A stretch of DNA of 51,976 bases from Candidatus Margulisiibacteriota bacterium (GCA_042577445.1 JBHPDX010000002.1:1-51976), one strand, 5' to 3'. Numbered from the stretch's first letter, positions 1 through 9,057 are shown. The notes: a model not told the origin generated them from the sequence alone. Numbers and translations: made by a program.

Positions 1-108
1 CGGAGTAAGGAGATCCAGTATCTCGATATCACAGTTATTGCATGCGGAAGCGCCTGCGTGGAACACGGCAGGAGACTTCTTTAAACCCCATTTAAACAAC
101 TTTTTCAT
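1..108 (-). CDS. Group 4 [NiFe]-hydrogenase small-subunit-like protein (NuoB/HycG/MbhJ family); first 36 codons only, gene runs off the window start
   Basis: Absent from the ORF track because it is truncated. Reverse-strand ATG at 108-106 lies 2 nt after the stop of the NuoH-like gene, with GGGAG 7 nt upstream. Translation MKKLFKWGLKKSPAVFHAGASACNNCDIEILDLLTP carries the H.G..CN.CDIEIL..LTP signature of NuoB-type subunits. Confidence 0.6.
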   Translation of the reverse strand, partial: MKKLFKWGLKKSPAVFHAGASACNNCDIEILDLLTP

Positions 109-110
109 TA

Positions 111-1052
111 CTAAACTCCCAAGAACGCGAGCACTAAACTTATCAACGCAACTATTGTCAACGGCCCCCAAAAGAACCTCATGGCCTGGTCGATCCGAAG
201 CCTCGGGTTGGTATTTTTTATCAGGATTATGCCGGTAAGGACCAATACATATTTTAGCACGAACCATCCGATCCCCGGCCATGTCATAACATTAATACCA
301 CCCAAAAACAACATAATCAAGAACACGGGCAGAACGAACAGCATCATTGCCCTTGTCAGCTTGAATACGGCAAGTGCCGGACCTGAATATTCAATGTACG
401 GACCACCCATGATCTCCTGTTCAGCTTCAGGTATATCGAACGGGACGAACGTTAGTTTTGCCTGGATACAGAGCAGTGCGACCAAAAAAGCTATGGTGCA
501 GGATATATTTGAAGCTATTGCGCCGTTAATAGCTTGATATTCGGTTATTTTACTTAGCAGTATAGAACCAGATTTTATGATAACAGTGAATATTGCGATC
601 AAGAACGGCAGTTCATACGATAATATAAGCTTCATTTCCCTTGAAGCCCCGATAGCTGCAAGAGGATTCCTTGATGCGGACCCTCCAAGTATCACAGCAA
701 GTGAAGGTATCGTCAGCAAATAAATAACAACGATCAGATCACCCATGAATGACAAACCCCATATATTGATCACCCATATAATAGTAGAAACAAGGGTTAC
801 GGCGGCAAGCCCGAAAAGAGGCGGCATAAGGAAACCCATAACTGAAACCCCTGATGGAACGATCAGTTCCTTACCTAAAAGCTTAAAGATATCCGCGAAC
901 GGCTGGAACCATGGCGGCCCAACCCTCCACTGCACCTTGGCCGTGACTTTTCTGTCCACCCAGGTGGACAGAAGCCCTACCACAGCCGTGAATAAAAATC
1001 CCGGAAAAACTATATAATAAAAAATACTTATCAGTAACTCACGCATCAACAT
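111..1052 (-). CDS. Membrane subunit of the NADH dehydrogenase subunit 1 family (NuoH/HycD/HyfC/MbhM/EchB-like)
   Basis: 313-aa polytopic membrane protein. N-terminal WVDRKVTAKVQWRVGPPWFQPFADIFKLLGKE matches the NuoH/HycD family signature. Tightly coupled to the NuoB-like gene downstream. Confidence 0.8.
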   Translation of the reverse strand: MLMRELLISIFYYIVFPGFLFTAVVGLLSTWVDRKVTAKVQWRVGPPWFQPFADIFKLLGKELIVPSGVSVMGFLMPPLFGLAAVTLVSTIIWVINIWGLSFMGDLIVVIYLLTIPSLAVILGGSASRNPLAAIGASREMKLILSYELPFLIAIFTVIIKSGSILLSKITEYQAINGAIASNISCTIAFLVALLCIQAKLTFVPFDIPEAEQEIMGGPYIEYSGPALAVFKLTRAMMLFVLPVFLIMLFLGGINVMTWPGIGWFVLKYVLVLTGIILIKNTNPRLRIDQAMRFFWGPLTIVALISLVLAFLGV

Positions 1053-1061
1053 TCTCCATTT

Positions 1062-1817
1062 TTAAAAGAACTTGGCTTTTACTTCTTCCAGCATCTCCAA
1101 GTTCTTTTTCGATCTTTGATCTTCGGGATCAAGCTTTACTGCATCAGTAAAGTGCTCGATAGCCTTTTCTATGTCGCCGTTATTATAGTAAGCAACACCA
1201 ATATGATGATGAGCAGCAGCGCTCCTTGGGCTTACTTTTAAGAACTTCTCAAATGAGCTTATGGCTTTCTTGGTATCGCCCTTCCTTGTATAAGCAACCC
1301 CAAGATGATACAGGGCTATAGTGATCTTAACTTCTTTGGCAATTACATCTTCGAAAGCATCAATGCCCTCATCCATTTTACCGCTGTAATAATATGAAAG
1401 CCCCAACCAGTACTTTGAAATATAAAATCTCGGGTTGATCTCCAGCGCTTTCTTAAATGACTTTATTGCGCCTTCGAAATCACCCTGCCTGTATAAAGAG
1501 ATGCCCAATTCATAATGAGCGCCGGCATACTTCGGGTTCGCCGCAATAGCTTTTCTGTATTCAGAGATGGCATCATCCAGCATTACCTGCCTGTAATATA
1601 TGCTGCCAAGGCTTCTGTGCGCTATCGCATTTTTAGGGTCGAGGCTGATAGCTTTTTTGTAATCATCTATAGCCTGTGTCAGTTTTCCATCCCGAAGCGC
1701 GGAACAGGCATGATCCATGTAAGTGGGAGCCTTGCCGGTTTCCTTGATCCTGTTGCCGCATTCAATACAATACTTAGCCGCCTTTGGATTCGCTTTTTCG
1801 CATCTCTTACATTTCAT
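1062..1817 (-). CDS. Zinc-ribbon plus TPR-repeat protein
   Basis: N-terminal CKRC-x10-CIECG zinc ribbon followed by about six 34-aa TPR-like repeats (A..Y.KAI.L.P....A...LG..Y). Embedded in the redox operon with 3-10 nt spacers on both sides. Confidence 0.75.
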   Translation of the reverse strand: MKCKRCEKANPKAAKYCIECGNRIKETGKAPTYMDHACSALRDGKLTQAIDDYKKAISLDPKNAIAHRSLGSIYYRQVMLDDAISEYRKAIAANPKYAGAHYELGISLYRQGDFEGAIKSFKKALEINPRFYISKYWLGLSYYYSGKMDEGIDAFEDVIAKEVKITIALYHLGVAYTRKGDTKKAISSFEKFLKVSPRSAAAHHHIGVAYYNNGDIEKAIEHFTDAVKLDPEDQRSKKNLEMLEEVKAKFF

Positions 1818-1819
1818 TG

Positions 1820-2308
1820 TTACCGCCTCCTTATGGCAGGATGATTGGAAGCAAGCCTGTCGCTTATCAGGACCTTGCTTTTGTCTTCCACTGCTTCATC
1901 AACTTCTTCATGGGTCAGGGCCTTTGCCGTACATGTCGATACACATCTCGGCGCCTTACCTTCTTTATGCCAGTCTGAACAAAGGTCGCATTTGGCAACT
2001 ATATGCCTGTTCAATTCACTATCTATAACGCCAAAAGGACAGGCGACTGCGCAGGACCCGCATCCAACACAAGCAAAAATATTCCTTCGAACAACTTTAT
2101 CTTCTTCACTCTTCTTCATGGCGCCATTGGGACAGGCAGACACGCAGGTCGGCTGCTCGCAATGCTTGCAATGAAGAGGAAGCCAGGACTGTCCCTTTAC
2201 ATCGCTATGAAGCAGATATGTCTGGTCCAGATGGCCATAACTGCAGGCCGCGGCGCATGATCCGCAACCGCAACATCTGTCCATATTTAAAAATACTCTT
2301 TTTTCCAT
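1820..2308 (-). CDS. 4Fe-4S cluster electron-transfer subunit (HycB/FdhB/DmsB-like)
   Basis: 162 aa with four Cys groups: CCGCGSCAAAC, CKHCEQPTCVSACP, CVGCGSCAVACP, CDLC...C..C. Confidence 0.8.
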   Translation of the reverse strand: MEKRVFLNMDRCCGCGSCAAACSYGHLDQTYLLHSDVKGQSWLPLHCKHCEQPTCVSACPNGAMKKSEEDKVVRRNIFACVGCGSCAVACPFGVIDSELNRHIVAKCDLCSDWHKEGKAPRCVSTCTAKALTHEEVDEAVEDKSKVLISDRLASNHPAIRRR

Positions 2309-2312
2309 ATAT

Positions 2313-4136
2313 CTAGCTCACCTTTTCAATGGACACATTTATCGGTTCAAACAATATTCTCCCGGTTCCATCCGAGATGTTCCTGCCGAACAGGTTCCGC
2401 ACATCAAGGAAATGCGCCGGAACAAAAGCGAAACCATTGGGTATGGTATCGGTGATCCTTACATCGATCAAAAGCTCACCGCTCTTGGACTTTACCATCA
2501 CTTCGTCGCCTTCTTTAACGCCTATGTCTTCGGCAGCCGATCTGCTTATATCCAAGAGCGGGTCTCCGCATACCCTGTCAGGCCAATAAAATTTCTTGGT
2601 ATATGAGCCATCCGCAAAATGCGTTATATCCTCATCCGCTACCAGCATGTAAGACTTGTCTTTCCGCGCCTTCAGGGCGGATAAATTCTTTGCTATGCTT
2701 CTACCGAACTTCTCCATGCTTCCTGCCCTTGAAGTATTCTTCTTCGCAAGTTTTATGTCTTTATTGAACTTATCAGCGCCGATCTCTTTCTTTCCAATGA
2801 TCAAGATCAGCCTATGAATGATATCCATTTCGCTCTTTGAGCCACCAAGAGGAAGTATAGCTTCTTCCAGATTGACAACGCTGTCGTCCCCGAGAGCAAG
2901 GCTGCCTACTTTTTCAGAAACAGACGGCGCCGGCAGGATCACATCCGCAACTTCCGTGGTCCTCGACGGAAAAATATCAGATACAGCGAGCAGGTCAAGC
3001 TTTAACGGCTTATTATAGATATTTCCCCATTTAGCGCGGCTGACCACGTCAACCCCAAAAGAAATAATGGCTTTAATGCGGCCCGAGACCGCGTTCTCCA
3101 CCATCTCAGGCATTGTCATCGCCTTTTTACCGCCCATGACCACCCTGCGGATGTAATTGGCGCCGTTGGAGTTCATATATGTATAGAAAGGTAGTATCCC
3201 TTTTTTGCCTTTTGAAATAGAGGCGAGCAGTTTACATAATGTCCCCGTAAGCGGGTGGATCCTGTCAAATCCGCTGGAGATCACAATGGTTCCCTTCTTT
3301 GATGAAGCGAACTCTTTTGCCGAATTCAGGATAACGGCAGGAGGAACATTGGTAAGTTTTGATATCTCTTCGATGGTTATTTTATTTAAATATCTTTTCA
3401 ATGTCCGCTCTTTGCCGGAAATGGCCTTCTTAGTCTCCAGCGCGGCCTTTATCATCCCAAGCAGGACCACCCACTCCGTGCCGGGCTTCATCTGAATATG
3501 GGTCGTAGAGAACCATGCAGTATGGGATGCTTTAGGCTCGAGCACTATCACTTTTGTGCCTTTTTTTGTATATTTTGCGTTCATTATGTTCTTCGAAGAA
3601 CATGGGGCTTTAGAAAGTTGATCGCCGACAATAAGTATGCACTCCGAACTGTCGATATCGGTAACTGTGGAGGTCGGGACTTTCTGTATATAGTCTTCTT
3701 CCATTGCAGAGACCAGATTATCGTCATCAGAAGAGAATGCTACATCAAAATTGGATGTCTTTATGATATCTCTTGCCAGAACTCCCGCCAGATATATCTC
3801 CTCATTGGTCAAGGTGGGTGAAATGACCACGCCGATAGACTTCGCTCCGTGTTTTTTCTTTATATCCTGTATCTTCTGCGCCACATAACCCAAGGCCTCG
3901 TCCCAGCCGGCTTCCATTGTGGCCCCGTCCATCTTGATGCTTGGTTTTTCTATTCTATTCACGTTCTTAACGAGTTCTATTGAAGAGTTGCCTCTCGGGC
4001 AAAGAGAGCCTTTGTTTATAGGATTATCAAGATCATATTCAATGTGAGAAGGAACGCCGTTCTTGCTTGCAAGGACGAACCCGCAGCCCATAGAACAGAA
4101 CATACATATTGATCTTTTCTTTTCCATTCCCACCAT
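2313..4136 (-). CDS. Cytoplasmic molybdopterin (Mo/W-bisPGD) oxidoreductase catalytic subunit, FdhF-like fold but without a Sec/Cys active-site residue
   Basis: N-terminal C-x2-C-x3-C-x27-C (CMFCSMGC...SLCPRG) Fe4S4 motif, TNEE.Y motif, and a C-terminal molydopterin-binding barrel (GVKEGDEVMVKSKSGELLIDVRITDTIPNGFAFVPAHF). No twin-arginine signal. See the finding on residues 137-139. Confidence 0.85.
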   Translation of the reverse strand: MVGMEKKRSICMFCSMGCGFVLASKNGVPSHIEYDLDNPINKGSLCPRGNSSIELVKNVNRIEKPSIKMDGATMEAGWDEALGYVAQKIQDIKKKHGAKSIGVVISPTLTNEEIYLAGVLARDIIKTSNFDVAFSSDDDNLVSAMEEDYIQKVPTSTVTDIDSSECILIVGDQLSKAPCSSKNIMNAKYTKKGTKVIVLEPKASHTAWFSTTHIQMKPGTEWVVLLGMIKAALETKKAISGKERTLKRYLNKITIEEISKLTNVPPAVILNSAKEFASSKKGTIVISSGFDRIHPLTGTLCKLLASISKGKKGILPFYTYMNSNGANYIRRVVMGGKKAMTMPEMVENAVSGRIKAIISFGVDVVSRAKWGNIYNKPLKLDLLAVSDIFPSRTTEVADVILPAPSVSEKVGSLALGDDSVVNLEEAILPLGGSKSEMDIIHRLILIIGKKEIGADKFNKDIKLAKKNTSRAGSMEKFGRSIAKNLSALKARKDKSYMLVADEDITHFADGSYTKKFYWPDRVCGDPLLDISRSAAEDIGVKEGDEVMVKSKSGELLIDVRITDTIPNGFAFVPAHFLDVRNLFGRNISDGTGRILFEPINVSIEKVS

Positions 4137-4144
4137 TACTGCCC

Positions 4145-4960
4145 CTAGAACGGATCCGGTATGTCTTTTACCTGCTCCCAGGTAAGCACCGGACCGTCAG
4201 TACAAACGTACATTTTCCCGACCTTGCATCTATTGCATTTACCTATACCGCACGACATATTCCTTTCCATGGAAAGATATATGTTCTCCGGAGCATAGCC
4301 AAGGTCCACCAATTTCAGGGTGGAGAACTTCATCATTATCGGAGGTCCGCAAACGACCGCCACGTTATTGTTCATATCAATGCCCATCTTATTATTGAGT
4401 ATCGTAGTTATAAGCCCCACGTGCCCCTTCCATTCCTTATCCCCGTTATCAACAGTTAAATGAACTTCAGTTTTTTCGTGTTTCGCCCATTTGTCAACCT
4501 GTTCTTTATATATGATATCCTTTTGTGTTCTTGCGCCGTATCGCAGGTTTATCTTATTTACGTCGCTGATATTGTGGAATAAGGCCAGTAAAAGCGATCT
4601 GAGAGGAGCAAGCCCCACGCCTCCCCCAACAATAAGGATATCTTTTCCTTTGAACTGATCTATCGGATATTCTTTTCCGAAAGGCCCCCTGAGCCCAACG
4701 GTATCGCCTTTCTTAAGATCATGGGTAGCGGAAGTAACCGCGCCGGCTTTCATGATAGTGACTTCCATTCGGTCTTTAACATAAGGTGATGAGGATGGGG
4801 TGAACGGCGCCTCCCCAAGTCCGGGGACAGTAAGCTCAATGAATTGCCCGGCTTTGAATTCTATCTGCTCCTTAGGCTTAAGCACCACAGTCTTAATGGT
4901 TGAAGACTCTGTGATCACATCTTCAACGATCGTTTCTATAGGTCTATAAGGATTTACCAT
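4145..4960 (-). CDS. FAD/NAD(P)H-binding oxidoreductase subunit with C-terminal 2Fe-2S (AsrB / sulfhydrogenase gamma HydG / PyrK-like)
   Basis: 271 aa. Ferredoxin-reductase-type motifs (GQFIEL, GGGVGLAPL) and C-terminal CGIGKCNRCKVGKMYVCTDGPV. Confidence 0.8.
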   Translation of the reverse strand: MVNPYRPIETIVEDVITESSTIKTVVLKPKEQIEFKAGQFIELTVPGLGEAPFTPSSSPYVKDRMEVTIMKAGAVTSATHDLKKGDTVGLRGPFGKEYPIDQFKGKDILIVGGGVGLAPLRSLLLALFHNISDVNKINLRYGARTQKDIIYKEQVDKWAKHEKTEVHLTVDNGDKEWKGHVGLITTILNNKMGIDMNNNVAVVCGPPIMMKFSTLKLVDLGYAPENIYLSMERNMSCGIGKCNRCKVGKMYVCTDGPVLTWEQVKDIPDPF

Positions 4961-4971
4961 TTTTTATCCTT

Positions 4972-6018
4972 TTAATCCAGTTTAACGCCGAGAGCGGCCT
5001 GTTTTTCCAGCTCAAGGAACACATCTCTCAGATCGATCTTTGCCATACAAGCTTCAGTGCACCTTCCGCATCCGGAGCAGGCATACATATTATACTTGTC
5101 GAACATATAATCAAATTTGCACTGCCAGCGGTTCTGGGTCCTTCTGTAAAGCTGAGACCTGGCATTGGCTCCGCCGGCGACCCGCGCGTATCCTGCTTTC
5201 ATGCAGGAATCCCACTGCTTGCCCCTAACATAACCGCCCTCCGCTTTTTCATCATAAAGAAGAAAACAGGTGCATGTCGGGCAAGCCATGTTGCAGGCGC
5301 CGCATTCCGTGCACGCTTTTGCGATCTTCCTCCAGCCTTCACTTTCAAGGTCTTTTTTGACCGATTCCTCCAGCCGTGCACGATACCCATATTTCTCATT
5401 GATGCCCGTAACTTTATTCAAGACATCTTCCCTATTCCCTCTCTGTTTTTCCCTCTGGCTTGGTGTTGCGGCGATAAAGAACGCCCTGCTGCCGTCAATA
5501 AGTTCCTGTCCCTTGTCAGAGCCAACATCCACCATGTAGCCATCATCGATCTTTGATATATTAAGATCGAAACCCTTTTCAGGATATGGCTTAACATCCA
5601 CAAGAGTGCAATGACATGTAGAAATAGCATCTCCGCAATCAGAACCGATAATAATGGTATTATCGCGGACCCCCGTATAGAAGGGATCGTTTATTTCATC
5701 CGAAAAGAACTTATCCTCGAACACTAAAGCGGCGATGTCGCACGACTTACAGAAAACCACTTTTTTCCCGGCAGGAATGTCGGCATCTTTCGCGTCACCG
5801 AAATAATTCGACACATTCTCCCTGGCTTTCAGGAATAAAGATTTTATAGGTTCTGATGTACGATAACTGTTCAAGTCGATGGAGGAAATGTTAGAGGGGT
5901 CGATCTTTCGAAGTCGCGGCCTATCTTCAACGATAACCGGAGCATAAACGACAGCATTGGAAATTAATCTATTAACAAATTGTTCAAAGTTAGAAGAACT
6001 GATGAAATACCCTGCCAC
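4972..6018 (-). CDS. 4Fe-4S dicluster subunit (AsrA / sulfhydrogenase beta HydB-like)
   Basis: 348 aa with CTECGACNMACPTC and CSGCGRCTEACM ferredoxin motifs. GTG start with a purine-rich SD. Size and pairing with the AsrB-like gene match AsrAB/HydBG modules. Confidence 0.75.
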   Translation of the reverse strand: MAGYFISSSNFEQFVNRLISNAVVYAPVIVEDRPRLRKIDPSNISSIDLNSYRTSEPIKSLFLKARENVSNYFGDAKDADIPAGKKVVFCKSCDIAALVFEDKFFSDEINDPFYTGVRDNTIIIGSDCGDAISTCHCTLVDVKPYPEKGFDLNISKIDDGYMVDVGSDKGQELIDGSRAFFIAATPSQREKQRGNREDVLNKVTGINEKYGYRARLEESVKKDLESEGWRKIAKACTECGACNMACPTCTCFLLYDEKAEGGYVRGKQWDSCMKAGYARVAGGANARSQLYRRTQNRWQCKFDYMFDKYNMYACSGCGRCTEACMAKIDLRDVFLELEKQAALGVKLD

Positions 6019-6068
6019 GCCGTAACTCTCTTTCTAATGTCTTAATAAAAACAAATCAGTGAGCTCTT

Positions 6069-6097
6069 ATTATAGGGAAATTTGGAAAGATAGTCAA
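6069..6097 (-). promoter_or_regulatory. Consensus sigma-70 promoter for the redox operon
   Basis: Reverse strand reads TTGACT (6097-6092), a 17-nt spacer, then TATAAT (6074-6069), about 50 nt upstream of the GTG at 6018. Confidence 0.6.
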
Positions 6098-6128
6098 AGG
6101 TTAGTTTTAGCTGTGGGGACGCAAAAAA

Positions 6129-7463
6129 CTAGGATCCCGCGAGCCTTTTGGACTTCTTAACGTGAAGCGCATCAAGATTGCGCCTTAGTTCATCCAACAC
6201 CTTGCCATGAAGCGGATACATTATCATTATTCCGAGAGCAATAATAAAAGCAATGGCGGGGAATATCGCCATCAGTATCTTGATCCCGGTCAAGAAAGAT
6301 CTTGTCTGTGTAAAAATATAAGGATTATATCCGGTTAAATTAAAAACCACGCCGATACTCAACGCTTCAAGGGCAATAGCGAACCTTGTTACAAAAGCAT
6401 TGACGCCAAAATACATCCCCTCTCTCCTTGTATTGGTCTTAAGTTCATCCGCATCGATAACATCAGAAATGATCACATCGGAAATAAGGATAATGCCGGC
6501 GAGTCCCACACCAAGGGATCCGCAGATCATGATATTTACCGCATAATTCTTAAAAAAGATGAAAGGCAAGAGAGAAACGGCAAAATACAGTATTGCGATC
6601 AGATAAGAATTCCTTGCACCGAACCGGTTAGCAACGGCTCTCCAAATGAACATCATGAAAAAGGCCACTACAAAGGTTGCCATCAGCATTAATGTCATCT
6701 CGATGGAGCGTATCTTCAATACATACTTGGCATAGAACGGTATCATGGCAAGCACCATGGTAAAGGCGTACTGAATGAACAGATTTGATATAACAAAAGT
6801 TAGGAATGATCTGTTCTTGAAGGTGTTCAGGATGGCATCCTTCAATCCGAGCGCTTTATCCTGCATGAATTCTCTTTTTTCTTTACTCCCAAGTAAGGAC
6901 ACTAAGTAGGCAACGGCGATCAATATCCCAAAAATAAGCCCCATGGTCTTCCAGCCGAAAGTTCCATAGATCATGGGCGGAAGAGCGATCCCGATCATAA
7001 GGCCGATCATCCCAAAAGCCTGCCGGTAAGAATTAACTTCGGTCCTTTCCTCCAATTTCGGGAACATCTCAGGATAAAGGGCCGCCCAGTTAAGTACCAC
7101 AATAGAATAAAGTCCGTCAAAAAGACAGATGAACACAAGGAAATAAATAAAAAGTGATATCTGCTGCATCCCAGAAGGGGTCGCCCATAAGAAAAAGTAG
7201 ATGATCCCGAAGGGTATGGCAAAGAACATGATATACGGTATTCTTCTGCCGAATTTGGTCCTTGTCCTGTCCGAAATGAACCCTGCTATCGGATCATTGA
7301 TCGCGTTCCAGAAGGCGTAGATCAACATGGCTACGGCCGCCAAACTTGCGGTCAGCCTTTGTACATCAACATAGAAGAATATTATATATGTAGAGAAAGC
7401 TTGGTATGAAAGTGCGGTAGCGATCGCCCCAAAGCTATAAGCTATCTTTTGCGGCTTTGTCAA
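6129..7463 (-). CDS. MFS transporter, glycoside-pentoside-hexuronide:cation symporter (MelB/YihO-like) family
   Basis: 444 aa, about 12 TM. The motif NDPIAGFISDRTRTKFGRRIPYIMF is typical of GPH-family loop 2-3. Confidence 0.8.
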   Translation of the reverse strand: MTKPQKIAYSFGAIATALSYQAFSTYIIFFYVDVQRLTASLAAVAMLIYAFWNAINDPIAGFISDRTRTKFGRRIPYIMFFAIPFGIIYFFLWATPSGMQQISLFIYFLVFICLFDGLYSIVVLNWAALYPEMFPKLEERTEVNSYRQAFGMIGLMIGIALPPMIYGTFGWKTMGLIFGILIAVAYLVSLLGSKEKREFMQDKALGLKDAILNTFKNRSFLTFVISNLFIQYAFTMVLAMIPFYAKYVLKIRSIEMTLMLMATFVVAFFMMFIWRAVANRFGARNSYLIAILYFAVSLLPFIFFKNYAVNIMICGSLGVGLAGIILISDVIISDVIDADELKTNTRREGMYFGVNAFVTRFAIALEALSIGVVFNLTGYNPYIFTQTRSFLTGIKILMAIFPAIAFIIALGIMIMYPLHGKVLDELRRNLDALHVKKSKRLAGS

Positions 7464-7498
7464 AACTCGATCCCCTTATATAAATAAACCTTGGCGGT

Positions 7499-7735
7499 TT
7501 ATTTCAGATTTAGGGCCTTTTTTATTGCGGGCATGTCGGCGCCAACAATTAGGGTCCCATCAATATCCAGCACGGGAACCCCCATCTGACCGGACTTATT
7601 GACCATTTCTTCAGCCGCAGCCTTGTCTGCAGACACGTCAATATTATCGAACTTGATATTATTCTGCGTCAAGAACTCTTTTGCCTTCTTACAATACGGA
7701 CATGTCGGCGTGGAATAAACTTTTACGTTAGCCAT
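7499..7735 (-). CDS. Glutaredoxin-like protein (YruB/NrdH-type)
   Basis: 78 aa with a CPYC redox motif and a thioredoxin-fold pattern (VPVLDIDG...G). Confidence 0.85.
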   Translation of the reverse strand: MANVKVYSTPTCPYCKKAKEFLTQNNIKFDNIDVSADKAAAEEMVNKSGQMGVPVLDIDGTLIVGADMPAIKKALNLK

Positions 7736-7746
7736 ATTTTCTCCCC

Positions 7747-7938
7747 CTATTCAGCTTTTTTCAGGTCTTCGATCAATTTTTTAACATCGACACCGTGGGT
7801 CGCGGCTGCCTGGCCAACTGTCTCACCGGCAGCAATAGCGCAGCCAACGCAGTGCATTCCGTGGGACATAAAAGTTTTTGCGGCAGCAGGCTTCACTTTC
7901 AAGACTTCCGCTATGGTCATATTTTCATTTATCTCCAT
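7747..7938 (-). CDS. DUF1858-type small redox-disulfide protein (hybrid-cluster-protein-associated family)
   Basis: 63 aa. MTIAEVLK..P.....F...GMHCVGCAIA..ETV.QAA..HGVD...L matches the family as I recall it. Confidence 0.65.
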   Translation of the reverse strand: MEINENMTIAEVLKVKPAAAKTFMSHGMHCVGCAIAAGETVGQAAATHGVDVKKLIEDLKKAE

Positions 7939-7950
7939 TACTTCCTCCTC

Positions 7951-9057
7951 CTACTTTTTTATATATCCCTCGATCAAAATATCCTCGCCGATCTTTTTTA
8001 CATCATACCTGGAAAACTTAACGGCTCCCGCTACTCTTTTTACCCCTTTCCCCTCCACAATGGTCTTGGCTTTTTCTCCGCCAAATATCTTCGGGGAAAT
8101 AATCACATATATCTTATCAACTATCTTTGAGGAAAGCGCTGAGGCATTAACGCTGCCCCCGCCTTCGATCATGATGCTTGTGAAATCCCTTTTACCAAGC
8201 TCACTTATAAGATTCCTGAGGTCAACATAACCGCCCTTGGCCTTAACCTTCAGGATAGAGACATTTTTCTGTCTCAGAGCTTCAATTTTACGCTTTGGGG
8301 CTTTATTTGTCACGACGATAATAGTATTTTCTGGATCGGTTTTTATCACATTTGAATTAAGGGGTGTTCTTGCCAGGCTGTCCAATATGATCCGCTTTGG
8401 ATCTCTTTTTACTATTTTTCGGGTCCCCACATCTCTAACGGTCAATTTTGGGTCATCCTTTTTAACGGTGCCGAGCCCAACGATGACCGCATCAACATTA
8501 TTTCTCAAGTAGTGGGCAAGCTGTCTTGAAGGTTTACTGGAGATCCACTTGCTATCACCGATGGAGGTGGCTATTTTACCATCAAGGGTCATGGCGCTTT
8601 TTAAAATAACGAATGGAAGGCCGGTGGTAACATGTTTTGTAAAAGATTCGTTCAACTCTTTTGCTTCTTCTTTAAGGATGCCGATATCAACTTTAATATC
8701 AGCTTCGCGAAGTTCCTTGAACCCTTTTCCGGATACCAAAGGGTTAGGGTCCTGCATGGCGGCCACGATACGCTTTACACCCGCATTTATTATTTTCTGC
8801 GTGCAGGGAGGGTTATTGCCGAAATGGCAGCAGGGTTCCAGGTTAACATAAAGGGTGGAACCGTGAGCTTTTTTGCCTGCTTTTTTTATGGCGAAATCTT
8901 CAGCGTGTGGGGTTGAAAATTCAGCGTGGTATCCCTTGCTTATTATCTTCCCGTTTTTGACCAGTACTGCTCCAACTAATGGGTCCGGGCTTGTCACTCC
9001 TACCTGGCTCCTAGCAAGCTCGATCGCCAGTTTCATGAACTTAACATCTTCATTCAT
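7951..9057 (-). CDS. ribD: Bifunctional riboflavin biosynthesis deaminase/reductase
   Basis: 368 aa. CMP/dCMP deaminase zinc motifs HAE ... PCCHFGNNPPC, followed by a RibD C-terminal reductase domain. Confidence 0.9.
   Translation of the reverse strand: MNEDVKFMKLAIELARSQVGVTSPDPLVGAVLVKNGKIISKGYHAEFSTPHAEDFAIKKAGKKAHGSTLYVNLEPCCHFGNNPPCTQKIINAGVKRIVAAMQDPNPLVSGKGFKELREADIKVDIGILKEEAKELNESFTKHVTTGLPFVILKSAMTLDGKIATSIGDSKWISSKPSRQLAHYLRNNVDAVIVGLGTVKKDDPKLTVRDVGTRKIVKRDPKRIILDSLARTPLNSNVIKTDPENTIIVVTNKAPKRKIEALRQKNVSILKVKAKGGYVDLRNLISELGKRDFTSIMIEGGGSVNASALSSKIVDKIYVIISPKIFGGEKAKTIVEGKGVKRVAGAVKFSRYDVKKIGEDILIEGYIKK

Noticed and set aside
2313-4136. Selenocysteine recoding in the Mo/W-pterin gene
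   Set aside because: The ORF is uninterrupted (no in-frame TGA). The position aligned to FdhF Sec140 is an Asp codon, and no SECIS-like hairpin is needed or seen.
5199-5630. Small ORFs (62-89 aa) on both strands inside the AsrA-like gene
   Set aside because: They are nested within a gene with clear ferredoxin motifs. They are Arg/Ala-rich shadow frames.
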